Shown here: piece after piece, positions 14,246-28,416 of the stretch | Layout: every line of letters starts with the position of its first letter | Numbering within the stretch: the first letter of the stretch is position 1 | Assembly (NCBI GenBank): GCA_951406725.2 | Contig: OX597822.1 | Coordinates: forward strand, 36,208,001 to 36,272,000 | Length of the DNA: 64,000 nucleotides | Source: Octopus vulgaris | Lineage: Eukaryota | Reading direction: 5' to 3' | Translations under genes and position numbers: made by a program | Notes under the pieces: model-generated | Told to the model about the DNA's origin: nothing | Database searches by the model: none | Seen by the model: only the letters and a program-made list of their open reading frames with translations

Positions 14246-17200
14246 TTAATTAATTATTCTTATATATTATATATTTTTACAGAGACAGGTGTATACTTAT
14301 GTTACCTTTGGAAGAGGGCTGTGTTGTTAAGAAACCTGCTTTCCACCCATGTCATCTTCGGTTCAGGGCATGGCACCTTGTACAAGTGTCTCATGCATGC
14401 ATATATTCATATAGTATGTATATATATGCATGCGTTTGTGTGTAACCTTGTCTAGACATTACCATCATACAAGTGAGGTTGTTTGTTTCCAGTATTCCAT
14501 GTAAAACATGTCTAGCCAGGGTGAGGAAATATTACCTTGACTGGAAACAGGTGATGGTTGGTGACAGGAGAGACATCCAGCCATAGAAAATCTGCCTCAG
14601 CAAATTCCATAGGACCCATGAAAACATGGAAAAGTGGACATTAAAACAATATTAATGATGACCAAGAAAGTTGATATCAGTGAGATTTGAACACTGAGTG
14701 CAGAGTCATAACAAATACCACAAGGCATTGAATTCAAAACTAACAATTCTGTCCCAGTCATAGGAGTCGTGTCAGAGTAGAGAGTAATGCACATAAAATA
14801 AGTAATGAGGATGATTTGATTGATTAAACCTTTCGAGGTGGTGAGCAGCATGGCCACAGTCCAAGGATTGAAAAAAAAAATTTAAGTATACAAGTGTTAT
14901 TGCTATATTCTTTTATCTTGGCAGAATTGTTAGCACGCCAGGCGAAATGCTTAGCGGTAATTCGTCTGCCACTATGTTCTGAGTTCAAATTCTGCCGAGG
15001 TCAACTTTGCCTTTCATCCTTTTGGGGTTGATTAAATAAGTACCAGTTACATACTGGGGTTGATATAAACGACTTAATCTATTTCTTTGTCCTTGTTTGT
15101 CCTCTCTGTGTTTAGCCCCTTGTGGGTAGTAAAGAAATAGGTATTTTGTCTGTCTTCACATTCTAAGTTCAAGTTCCACTGAGGTCAACTTTGTCTTTCA
15201 TCCCTTCAGTACCAGTTGTGTAGTGGGGTCGATCTAATCAACTGCCCCCCACCTCCCCAAAAATTTCGGGCCTTGTGCCTAGAGTAGAAAAGTATATTCT
15301 TTTATCTTCCAAAATAGATAATTGACAGGTAGATAGACAGATAACTGATAGATAGACAACAGACAGACAGATAACATGTTGCTAAATGCTACAGAAATAA
15401 ATCAAAGAATAAAGAAACTGTTACAGCAGGCAAACTGCTAAATATTTTTGCAGCAGTTTTATAAACAATTTAGCCTAGAAATACTAACAATTCAATCTCC
15501 CACACAATGTGCCATATTACATATTATATGTATAGGCATGTGTGTTCGTGTGTGTCCAACCCATGCTAGCATGGAAAGCAGACGCTAAACGATGATGATG
15601 ATATACATACATACAGAACTTCATTCTGTGAAAATACCTAAGACATAGCAAAATGGGAAGGAGAAGGTAGTGGAATGGCAGAAATGGTTAGCTAGAGCGC
15701 TAGACTAAATAAATACCAACCACTAAGTACTATGTTCTCAAGAGTACAAATCCTGTGAGTTAACTTTACCAGAATCAACGACAGAAGTACCAGCTACATA
15801 CCAGTGATAATTCAATACTAAGAACTTTAATTACCAATAAGACAAATAAGAGTAATGGATGGCAATTTTTAGTTATAGCCAATTTTTGTTTTTCAGTTCC
15901 ACGTTCAAATCCATCTACGTTTTAATGCCTTCTATATTTTTAGATGCAATGAAACAAATACCAGTTAACTTCTAGAGCTGATATGATCAACTCCATCTTC
16001 AAGCCCCCAGCATGACACATTGGGCAAGTGTCTTCTACTATAGCCTTGCGAGTGGATTTGGTAAACAGAAACTGAAAGAAGCCTGTCATATATATGTATA
16101 TATGTGTGTGTATGTGTATATATATATATATTATATATATATATATATATGTATGTGTCTGTGTTTGACCCCCAACCATTGCTTGACAACCGATGTTGGT
16201 GTGTTTATGTCACCGTAACTTAGTGGTTCTGCAAAAGTACTAGGATTACAAAGAATAAGTTCTGGAGTTGATTTGTTCGACTAAAGGTGGTGCTCCAGCA
16301 TGACCACAGTCAAAATGACTGAAACAAGTAAAATAAAAATGATAGCTTCAAACATGTTAGAAATCATAGAAATTATTGTATTATTACTATTATTCATCAT
16401 CATCACCATTTTTAATGTCCACTTTTCATGCTTGAAATTGGTCAGATGGAATTTGTTGAAGCAGATTTTCTATAACCAAATGCCCTTCCTGTTTGCTAAT
16501 ATCTGTCCAGCTGTCTATAAGATGGACAGACAGAAAAACACACACACACATTGGGCTTCTTTCAGTTTCCATCCATCGAATCCACTCACAAATCTTCAGT
16601 AGGCCTGATGCTACAGTAGAAGATACCTGCCCAAGGTATCACATATTAAAATTGAGCCTAGGACGGCATGGCTGGGAAGCATATATAATACATATATATA
16701 TATATATATAATATGAGGGAATATTATTCCAAACTTACAGAGAAAAATTCAGTTTAGAAATACTAAATCAAATTTCACAAAATATAATATTATATATATA
16801 AAATTAGCAAAAAAAAACACCTTTTATCAATTCAATAATGAAAAATTAAATTATACCATTTAGAAAAATTACATCTTATAGAAAGATTAAATATAAGATA
16901 AGACATATAACAATGATTAAGTAAAGTGCAAATAATAAATAAAACGTTTAATCATTGTTATATGTTTTATCCTATATTTAATCTTTCCTATAAGATGTAA
17001 TTTTTTTAAATGGTACAATTTAATTTTTCATTATTGAATTGATAAAAGGTGTTTTTTTTTCTAATATGTATATATATATATATAAATACACACACACATA
17101 TCTCTTAAGTAATGAGGATATACATATTTCCCATGTTTGATTGCCCTGTAGATCAAAAAAGCAAATAACACCCCCACTTCATGGTTGAACAGTTAGGTTA

Positions 17201-20200
17201 GCAAACAGGAGGCTAGGAGAGGTCACCAGCTGTACAAACAATCTGATCTAGCAAACAAGTCATCTTACTTAAGCAAACACTGAGAAAAATGGATGTAAAT
17301 TAGTATATGGTGATAGATCAGCCACCAGCTTCAATGACAATTATACAGCTGTTTAATCAAGTTGGTTACTTACATGTTAAATTTAACATCCAAGTGGCTA
17401 ACTGAATGTTCCACATATCTGTGGTACATCATCATTATTTTAATGTACACTTTTCCATGCTTGCATGGGTCAGACAGTATTTGATGTAGATTTTTTTATA
17501 GCCAGATGCAATTCCTCACCAGTTTCCAAGCCAAGTAATATTTCCCCATGGTCAGACATATTTTTCGCAGAAGACAAGAATCAAACAACATCGCTTGTAT
17601 GACTGATGGTTAGTTACAACCATCACATATCTAGACAAAGACACACACATATACACACAATCAAATCCACTTGCAAAGCTTTGGTTGGCATGGGGCTATA
17701 GCAGAAGACACTTGCCCAAGGTGCCATGCAGTGAGACTGAACTCAAGACCATATAGTTGGGAAACCAGCTTCTCAACCATACTGCCACATCTTAACATAA
17801 TTCTCAGGCCAAATCAATATGATACAATATAACAAGGAGTTTTGAAATATAGGTACAATTCATCTAGCAGGCTTCCACACAACCTCTGCTAATTCAAATC
17901 CACTGTTAATTCCTCTGTTAATTCAAATGGTGTTTGAGGTAATCCAAAACTATAGTAAAAGACACTTGTTCAAGATGCTACGTAATATCAAACCTGGGAT
18001 CCCCCAATTGCAAAACAAACTTCTTAGCAACAGGGTCATACCAGCACCCAAAACACAGATGCACTTACACTCTAGAAAATGAGGGAGCTACTATGTGGTC
18101 ACTTGATTTGCTAGAAATATCAGCACAACATCTCAAATTACAGTAAAAACAAAAAAAAGGGGACACCTTTGATAATCTCTGCAAAGATTAGCTGGTCATA
18201 GCTAAAATGTCTTTGGTCATAAGTGCTCAGAACTGAACTGGAATAACACATGCATATACACACAATATTTGTCGAGTTGCTATTCAAACACAAATTTAAA
18301 TATGTAAATACTTATATACTGGTGAGACTTCAAAGTAAATTTCCAATGGAAAGAATATAAATGGTCGCATGATCCCAGTATGTTATCAAACAATTATTCC
18401 ATAAAGCCCTAAAGTATTAAAAAGTAAAGATCGATCTCTGATGAGAATTGAACCTAGACCTTAAATGGCTGAAACAACTAAATACTGTATTATATTTACA
18501 CCAGGGCTTTTACACTTCCTGCCAACTCCACCAAAATCAAGTTACCAACATTAAATAAAACTCCATCTTATTGAACAACCAGGATGTGAGGTGGGAGTAG
18601 ATGGGAGATTTGGTATTGCCTCTGACAAGAATTCTTTGTGGTGTTTGGTTACATTCTAAGTTGAAATCCTACACGTGTACATTTGACATAGCTTTTCATT
18701 GTATAGACGTCAATAAAATAAGTACCAAAAGTTGGAAAGAGAGATTTTAGGCAACTGTAACCTTGAAGGCAAGGTTCTATAGATACAGTCAGTCCTTGAG
18801 GTCTTTGTCAGTATCAGAATATAGTTTTGCTGGCTTCAATCCAATGACTGAAACAAGCAAAAGAGTGAAGGATTAAGGGGGCAAAAAAGAATGGAAGAAT
18901 TAACAGAGTGAAAAAGCCTCAAGGGTTATAACAGTGAAAAAGAATGGGAAAAAAGAAAGGAATTCTATGAATGGTTAGGAACTGGATAAAAACAAGAACT
19001 TGAAAGAATGACAACCAAAAGAGGTTGAAGCAAGGATAAGAAAAAAAGGCAATGATTAAATCTGAAATAATAAAAAAAAACATTTGTCTAGCAGGAAAAA
19101 TATCTAGACAGGTCTCGTAGGAGCTACACAAGGGAGATGAAAGTAGTTCTTAAAGGAAGGGGCAAATATAAGTTCACAGTATTTAGAATAGGAATATTTG
19201 TAGGGATTGGTAAATAGGATTAAGGAAGTGGTGTAAAAATAAAAAAGGGTAAGGACAGAGAATTGCAGTTGGATTGAACCGGGTTAATAATAACCAAGGT
19301 GTAGTGTTAAGGTGTTACCTACATCTATGCACTTTTTAGATTCATATATTGTGTGAAGGAGTGAGTGAGCAAGCATGATGTACCGAAGAACCCTTTTTCA
19401 TTTTCTTGCATCACATGCAAAAGGCAATAGTAACGATATATCCAACTTCTGGAAGTAGGCAGCCCCAACTACAGAAATTGCCACAACTACACACACAAAC
19501 ACACAGACACACAAGCAATTATCAAAGAGGAAATGCCTGTAAATATAATTACACTAATACTTAAGACAACAGCATTAGGTATTTTGCACTCGTTTGTTAT
19601 TAATCAAATCAGTAATTAAAAGTATATTTGCAGAACAGCAGAAGTAGTGGGTTGCTACAACAATGATGATGGTGATGGGAAAAGTATGGAGTGTAGTGGG
19701 CATTCTGTAATCTTTCATTACATGTGAAAATATTTCCATTTAATAATCTCAACTCAAACCAGAGATGTTTACTTAAGTCACAAGACATTGTATAAGATTC
19801 AGTAGTTTAATGATTTTAATTGCTATATAAAACCAAGTAGACAGTGACAGTAGTGATGTTAATTACTTCATACATAATTCTACAATATATATAACAGTTG
19901 TTCATCTAGTCAACCTTAGATCAAGTTGACCTTATGATGCTCTTACTAACTTTGCATAATGCTCCTTCACCTGGTCACTCCTTGACAAAGATGACCTTGT
20001 AAGAAGGCTAAGGCCACCCCAATTAATGTCCATTTTATATCTGAATCCACACTGCACTCCAACAAGACTTCTCTCAACTCCTCTATTTCACCTCTCTCAC
20101 CGTCTCACACACAATTAAAACTTCTCCAGCTGCTCCTACTCCCTCAACAAGACAGCTAGTTCTGAAGGTATCATTTCTGTTATTCTGATCTCCCCAAAAC

Positions 20201-23200
20201 CAGCTCCCAACGCACACAAACAGTGCATTCAGGACTATCTCTCTTCGAGCACATCTGAAAGTAGTGGTGATTAAGGGGCAACTTAACTCATGAACAAGCT
20301 GGAGCCTCATCACTGGATACAGTTTAATGTCTCACCCAAGACCACATTACTCAATGCCTCCTTTTTTCTTTCACTTTTCTAAGACAGTATGACATGATTT
20401 AAGGAAGCCATAGCTATCTTTTCAAGCAAATTCAGAAACCACAGAGAAGTGTTTCTGTTGGCCTGGGACAACAAGTGTCGAATTGTTGCTGTTTATCCTC
20501 AAATCAGTTTGATTCAGCAGACTTTATGACCAAAATTATTCCAACCTTTGCTATCAGAATTTTTGTTTGTTCGTTGTTCAATCACAGGGTAGCCAAGACT
20601 TCATTATTTAATGTATCCTTTCTTTTCTTAAAGACATCATTATCATCATTTAACGTACGTTTTCCATGCTAGCATGGGTTGGACGGTGCAACCAGGGTCT
20701 GGGAAGCCAGGAGGCTGCACCAGGCAACAGTCTGATCTTGCAGTGTTTCTACAGCTGGATGCCCTTCCTAATGCCAACCACTCCATGTGTAGTGGGTGCT
20801 TTTTACATGCCACCAGCACAGGGGCCAGAGGAGGCTGGCAATGGCCACGATCGGTTGGTGCTTTTTACATGCCACCAGCACGGACGCCAGTCTAGGTGGC
20901 ACTGGCATCGGCCACGTTTGGATGGTGCTTTTTACGTGCCACCAGCATAGGTATCACAACTACAATTTCCATTTGATTTTTATTTTGATGTTGATGTACT
21001 TGACTCAAAATAAAAATTAAAATGGAAACTGTATTTGTGATACCCGTGCCGGTGGCACATAAAAAGCACCATCCGAATGTGGCCGATGCCAGTGCCACCT
21101 CGACTGGTGTCCGAGCTGGTGGCACGTAAAAAACACCAACCGATCATGGCCATTGCCAGCCCCCCTCTGGCCCCTGTGCCGCTGGCACGAAAGACACTAG
21201 AAAACAAAGTGATGGAAAATTGTCTATTATTCCTAATAAAAGCTCTTGGTTTGTTTGAGACAACAATGGTAGATTAAGCCCATGGTGGACATTAATGAGT
21301 TTGACTCATAAGTGCAGATACGGTTATGTGGTTAAGAAGTTACTAAGCAACCAAGTATTTTTTGGTTCAGTTCCACTGCACAGCACCATGGGCAAGTAGC
21401 TTTTACTATAGCACCAAGACAATCAAGGCCATGCAAGTAAATTAGGAAAACAGACCTGTGTGTGTGTGAATGTTTGCATTCCAGGCTTGTCATGATTTGA
21501 ATGAAATGTTTACATTACTTGTTGACATTGCAAGCAATCACTCTACACTTTCAAAAACCTGGCCACAGTCCAATGAATAAAATCGGTAAAAGAGAATAGA
21601 AAGATTAGAATTTATGCTATTCAGCATGTGTTTAATTTTTAACATAATGAAATGATATTATAAAGATCTATAAAATTTATGCCTCGAAATATAAAATATT
21701 GAATTGCCACGGGTCTCACTAGTAATTATTATAAGTTAAACGAAAACAATCAGTTATTTACGCATTCTTCATCATGCGGCCAATTTATGAAATAATAACA
21801 TACAACCCCAGAACGACTGCAGCTTTAAGGCTGAAACAAGTTTAAGAAACAGCTGATTTAGTATTAACATATATAATATAATGATTATCGACAATCTAAT
21901 TAAACATGATTGTGTAGCGAGTATATGATAATGTTAGTTGAATTACTAATGTTCAAATCTTTTCAGAAAGTACGAAGACAACCTCAATCACATTCCCGTC
22001 TTATTAGACCTCTTCACCTTACTTGTTCAAGTATCGATGATAGAATTAATAATAATTTTAAAAAACGTGGAGAAAATATGTCCATGAGTAAAAAAAAAAA
22101 ATTAGCGTTTCAAAAAAAGAAAAAAAAAACGAAAAATGACATTCGAGATAAATTACTCAGAAACGCCATTTTCATGAAAAAGCAACAGTTAAGTTGGTAT
22201 CGAGTAGTTAGTAACAGCAGGGTATTTTGAGAATTACAATGAAGTTGATCTCAACTGTATCAAAACCATATTTAAATGTCAAGCACAGTATATATATATA
22301 GTCTAGAAATAATATAGAAAATGTGAAAACAGATTTAGAACACATGGTGATATAAAGCAAAAACAGTGTAAATGTGAATTAATTATTAATAGCAGCACAT
22401 ACCGGTATGAATTAAGTTTATATATAGTATGTGTATTATTAAGGGTACATACACTTCGTAACTTAGAATTTTTTTTTTCTAATAGTAAAACGTCATGTTT
22501 GAAATGACAGTTATTATTTTTAATATTGTTACAATTATTATTATCAATGCTATTACTGTTGTTATTATATAGTATTGTTGTGTAATCGAAAACTGGATCA
22601 CATTCCTGGCATTGAAAGTTAATAAATTCCTCCAGATTGCCTTTCAAAAAAGAAATTGTTTATTTTGTTAGGAATTTTTTTTACGTCACAATATAAAGAC
22701 GTTGTTACTGTTGTTAGTTCTCGAGTTAGTTGTGATCGGAGGCCTATGATCGAAAGCACTCCGTTCACAACCTCAGACCATACTATATAAATGTGTTTCA
22801 CTCCTATTCTTTTTTTAATATGAGGTTGATTTGGTTGCAATTTCTAGCGGGTCGAGCTACCACGTAGGGACTCTAGGTTTCGCGAACCAAATGAGGGGCC
22901 CTCGATGTGATCGCTTGAACTGCTCGGAAAAGCAACCAGATCTTCCTAAAATCACACACCTTCGTCTAAAACAAAATAAAAAGGGAAAATTTCACTGAGA
23001 GGTATGAACCACCTCAGATGAACCCGATTTTAAATTTTAAATTTTATCAGATATTGTGCTCCTCTGCGCCGAAGAAAAATAGGCTATTTAAATGCAAGTG
23101 CTTTCATTCATATGTAAAATATATCGCCCATAAATTCTAGGTGATATGTTTTACAAATTCTGGGTTTTCAGTCATTCCATATGTGTGTGTGTCAGCATGA

Positions 23201-23786
23201 AAAGAAACGTAAAAAAAACGTTAAAAGGAAATCATAATGCCCTCTCTACCCCAGGTCAGCTTCTGGCCCGTTAATTATGTTAGAACTGGAGAAAAAAAGT
23301 AAATACTCCAAAGAGAAAAAAGTACTAAACATGATCGGTTCGCAACTTTTATAACACTTCTATCAAACTTTGTATAACAAGAGAAATTGAGAACAATTTA
23401 CACACAAATGTACAGACACACAACTACTGTGAAACAACAATAATTCCCTTATTAACAAATATTTGCAATAAAATTAAAGGAAGAGATTGCAATTTCACTT
23501 GTTGGGTCTCACCATCAATGTCAGAATAACATTGTTTCTCAGCTAATTTGCTCGATTATCCCAATTAACTTAAATATCAAATGGTCTGGATTTGAATGTA
23601 GTTTAGACATTTGGAGGTGGTGAAAGATTTACTGATAGAAGTGTGGGGTACTAGAAAAAGTTTCTAAACTATTAAGAAGACCTCTTTGAATCAATCACAT
23701 AATCTGACAGGAAACAATCAAAATAGAAAACGTGATACATGAGAGAACTTATATATTTAAAGAAAACGGTCGGTATATTTACTCAC

Positions 23787-23833
23787 AGTAAAGCATCAGA
23801 AGTTAAGGAGAAACTACTGGCAGTCCTCGAAAA
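23787..23833 (-). other. Putative internal exon (47 nt) of a minus-strand transcript
   Basis: Minus strand tttgtatttacttttAG acceptor and GTGAGT donor in unique sequence. Confidence 0.4.
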
Positions 23834-25999
23834 CTAAAAGTAAATACAAATAAGTTCTACTTAGCGAACTTTTTGTATTTTTACAGAGGACTGTCACTCA
23901 TGATACATAAAGGAAAAAAAAGTGGGGAAATGCTATTCTTTTTTTAAAAGAAGTTTTAGAAATTTTTCATTTATTTTAGGCAATGTTCCAAACATGATTG
24001 ACAACATTGCGGCACCTCAGAAGCTTCCTACGTGGTAGCTATCTGGGCTAAAAGATCGCCGCTATCTGACTTGTAAGAAACAGCCGCTGTCTCCATCAGA
24101 TTACACCAAACCAAATTTTAAAAAGAATAATAATTTTTTTTAAAGAAAGTGAGAGGAGAACGTGAGACAATGTAAACCTAGCTACCGCTAAAACGACGAG
24201 AAACTCACGGTTGGAATGTTTTTGCTTCAAAGGTCAGCTTGATCAGTTTGCCTGGGGCTAAACAACAGACACACATGTATACGTGTGTGTGTGTTATGAG
24301 TGAATGTAGCAAAAAGTTTCAAAAATTGCCATATGGAATAACTTGACTGATGCACTACAAACAACTATACAATTTTAATATCTATGAAAACTTAATAAAC
24401 ATTAGCAAAATATATTTTTGATACCATTCCTACACATTCTACCCGAGGTTTAATTCATATCAAGTGTTAATATTGTAATATTCCACTGACAGTTACTCTA
24501 TAGTCACAATAATAATTTTACCAACTTTATATGGTTTATTTTAATAAAATAAAGTTAATTCATTGGGACTTTGTTCCATTAAATTTTTAATTTTCTTTTA
24601 GCAAACACCATAAATTGTACAACTTAATTTTTTTTTAAACTTCTATAAATAAACAGTTGAATAATAATGAATGGATAACTGCCAAAACATCAGACCTGCC
24701 CTACTATTAAAAAGGCAAACTGTAAATAATAAAATGAACATTAGCTTCGATTATAACTTCGGTTAAAAATATTAATCTTTGTGCTAATACAAGTAAAAAT
24801 AGAAAGGAAGACTTTTGCAGTAAATAATTACGGTTAACTTTAAAAGGGCATGGATAAAAATAAACTTAGAGCTGTTTGAGGAAAGTTTTTCGCTTACAGG
24901 TATGAGAAATCTCAACAAGTTGAAGTGACCAAATATAATTTTTTTTTCTTTCTTCAAAAGTATGTAATAAAATAAACAATTATGATTACTTAATTGGGAA
25001 GAAGAATCTAGTTTAATAATATAATGAGGTTATGTTACAGCCCATACATTGTGGAAGAAAGAGTTACATGGACTATTTATGTACAGTTGTGAAAAAGCTT
25101 TACGTGGTGAAAAAGGGCATAATTATGCTAGAAAAAGAGACAAAGAATATATTAGAAATAGTATGATGGTTTATATAAAATAATGTTTTAATGAACCAGC
25201 GATCTTTATCTAGGATAAAAACTTTATAGTTGATGAAGTTTATCTCAAGTGATGACGACAAAGATCGGCCTACATTTTCTAAATGAAATGAAACATTTAT
25301 TTACTTTTTAACATCACATTTTGTCATTTCACTCATTGCAGTCAAGACTGAGTCTTGTGTTATTTGATCCGATCTAGAGGAACTTTTTCAGACTCTATTT
25401 TACTTACAACCTTGTTTGGTCCGAAGAGATAAAATCAAATATAAATTTCCCACGTGCATAAATCAGTGAACAACAACATAAATACCTACAATTTATCCCA
25501 ATCAATTCAATACTTGGATATTTACAAACTAGTAACTGTTTTTGTTGTTTTATTTTTTTTTTACATTTTTGAAAATTAATTAAAACCCAGGACTAATTCA
25601 AATTTACTTTTAAATTTATTATGTCAATCATGTTTTCATTTTATAACCGAAGAATGTACCGTTAAGACAGACCTGTGACACACTGCAGTAACATCTGTTA
25701 ATTCCATCTAAATGCTTAATTACATTTAATTAGACAGATAATAAAGAAATCAAGTTTTAAACTAGGCAAATAAAAACAATATATGAAACAAACGGGCTCG
25801 CGATTAATTCCTTTAAAAATATTTTTACATGACAGGACGATTGATTTTGAAAATTTAGTTTCTAAAATCTAGATGAAAATCCCGCCAAAATCTAACGTAT
25901 TTTCTCTAGTTCACATATAAATAATCTAAGACATTTGTTATAACTTCAAATGCACAAGAAAATATCATTCAGCTAATATAATCTTTGAATTAATGAAAA

Positions 26000-27063
26000 C
26001 CAATAACCGGCGTGAAAAATAAAAGTTGTTTTAAAGTTGTAAAGTATTATTAATGTCAACAATACGATTATCAGAATATAAAGGGGCCGTTGAAAACTTA
26101 CCTTATCCCGCTCAAAATACACTATATTTGCAATCGGTTGAAAAAAAAAATAGTTTATAGTCACGAATGCGTTTATGGACAAAAAGTATGTTATATCCAC
26201 AAAAAAGATGGTAAAAATAAAAAGTTTATGCGTGTGCGCAAATTATTTAACGGCGTTACTTTGATCGTGGTGATGGTTGTAGTGGTATGACTAGAGTGAA
26301 CAGCCGGCGAAGGAAGAGCTGAAGCAATTAAGTAACACGACTCAGCCAGTGTGCTGAATAGACAGAACTTTTAAGTGGAAGGTGGATACAAGAAGGTGGG
26401 GGGGCATTATAAAGCTACGTCGCCCTGACCTATCCTTCAGTAACCTCTGTGTAAGCGACAATGACCCGGAAGCAATATATAGAGCCAATAACGTGGTTGC
26501 TTGAAATGCTAAACATAGCAACCGAATCTCTCTCAACTTACTACCGTCATAAAAAAGAAAAAAGGACACATAAGATAAGATAGTCTTAAACATACCCCTG
26601 AAAAGACGGGATAAGCCAAGGCTAGAATGTATAGGATGATTCGTTTGCTCGGTTAGGGCATAACAACAACAAACAGAAAATGAAAGTGTGAAAGAAGTGG
26701 GAGGGATTAGGTGTGTGGGTAATACTATCGTTGCTATGTAAAATTAAGAGACAAACATCGGGAAAAGTTTCATATACGTCCTCATTATTTCGCCGATTTG
26801 AGGACGTTCCCTTCAACATCGTTTTATGTTCCTTATAATGCATCCTGGCTATGAATGGAATTATTATAGGTGACGACATTCATACGTATCAGTTAATTGT
26901 GTATTGAAAGGGCAGACCAGTAGTGCTCTGGTTGCTATGGTTTTTGTATACACACAATGACGTACAGTGACAAATATTGGAAGCTGGTTTATATGTTTTC
27001 ATGATTTCGCTGTTTGGATGTTGTTCCCTTTCGGTTGGAAAGTGATTCAAATGCAGTGTAAGT
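26000..27063. promoter_or_regulatory. Putative bidirectional promoter / first-exon region
   Basis: Repeat-poor and CpG-richer than surroundings; CCGGAAG (ETS) at ~26466, CCAAT at ~26484, TGACGT (CRE) at ~26958, three GTTGCTATG X-box-like sites; outward-facing donors GTAAGT (+, 27058) and AG|GTAAGT (-, 26101), plus GTATGT (-, ~26595). Confidence 0.55.
26975..27057 (+). other. Putative non-coding first exon of the plus-strand gene (start approximate)
   Basis: Ends at GTAAGT donor 27058-27063 just downstream of promoter motifs. Confidence 0.4.
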
Positions 27064-27406
27064 TGTGTATATACTTAATATTACGTATCGTAAACATAAA
27101 TGATATATTTGAATATAGCTAATTGAATGCTGTCTCTTTAAATGATTTATAAAGTGACGTTTTCTTTAACTTGGAGTTTATGAAATACAAAGAGAAATAT
27201 CGACAAAATATTTGAAAGATATTTACGATCTCTACATCATCTTTACATTTATTTCACTTTTATACTTAAAAAAAAACTCCAAAATACGTCAGTATTTTAA
27301 ATTTGTGATGCTAGTTCAAGTTGTTAAACTTCAGATCACCCCCAAACGGAGCAAGTCTCTGATCAGTAACATTTCAGAAATGACCATTAACTAATACGCC
27401 CGTACC

Positions 27407-27808
27407 GGCGATCTTTCGTCTCTAGTAGACCTTTCCGTCGATTTCCGTAAAAAAAAATTTTTTTTTACATATGGGCTTGCGGGAACTTTTGAAGTAATAT
27501 ACATACATATACACATACACCGAGTAAAAAATTTCAGTTATCTCTTTCTTTCACACATTACTCTGTCTCTTCACACACACTACACAACATACTGTCTGTC
27601 TCCCACACCCCATCAAACACACACACACACACACATCAATGCTTCCCCTGGACGGTAACTTCAAAAGAACTTCCCTCGTCATACAATCGCTTTCTCTTAG
27701 TCTCTTTCGCTCTCATTACTTCAAAAGTTCCCGCAAGCCCATATGTAAAAAAAAAAAAATTTCTTTACGGAAATCGACGGAAAGGTCTACTAGAGACGAA
27801 AGATTGCC
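27407..27808. mobile_element. Merlin-like MITE
   Basis: ~92-bp near-perfect TIRs starting GGCRATCTTTCG; 8-bp TSD CCCGTACC (27399-27406, 27809-27816); GG termini with 8-bp TSD are typical of Merlin. Confidence 0.85.
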
Positions 27809-28416
27809 CCCGTACCGTTTTTAAGAAGATAAAGTGTAAATTCAGGGTCATTTGGGTTTTTTTTCTGATCAAATAACTACATAGAAGTGTCCTTGAAAGT
27901 TTGTTAAATCGATTATTGCATACACAACGCTAAGAGAAATCTCTCTCTCTCTCTCGCTCTCCATCTATCTCTCTGTCTGTCCGTCCGTCTCTCTCAATTT
28001 CTCATTCTCTCTTTCTCTCTCTCTCCCTATTTCTGTAACTCTTTCTTTCACTCTCTTTCATTCACTTTCTCTTTCTCACTCTATTTCTCTTTCTATCATT
28101 CTCTCTCTCTCTCTCAGTCACTTTCTCCCTATCTATCCATCTTTCACTCTCTCTCTCTCTCTCTCACACACACACATACACACACTCACACTCATCCTAC
28201 AAACTAGATGGATTTTACCTAAAACAAGATTTCCAGAACTCCTAAAACAAGAACTCATCTGCACCACAAACAATGCCTACAGGCATTGAACCAACTCTCT
28301 CTCTCACACACACACACACACAACACTCACTTCTCACTGCAATCACCCCTTTTGGTCTCTTGCCAAAATTAATCTCTGTCATTTCCTCTGTTTCTCAACC
28401 ATTATAGTTCTGTAAG

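Noticed and set aside
19319-19376. Minus-strand MLAHSLLHTIYESKKCIDV as a first coding exon
   Set aside because: Weak splice signals and no in-frame downstream exon found; kept only as part of the speculative non-coding transcript.
20790-20950. Regularly spaced GGTGCTTTTTACRTGCCACC repeats resembling a CRISPR array
   Set aside because: Eukaryotic context, no cas genes, and the same spacers recur in every dispersed copy; these are retroelement subrepeats.
20666-21277. Recurrent ORFs such as LQLDALPNANHS...GAFYVPPA seen at several loci
   Set aside because: Chance frames in a high-copy non-coding retroelement; frames are not preserved between copies.
26288-26308. TGACTAGA, a miR-279-like seed
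   Set aside because: No complementary arm to form a pre-miRNA hairpin.
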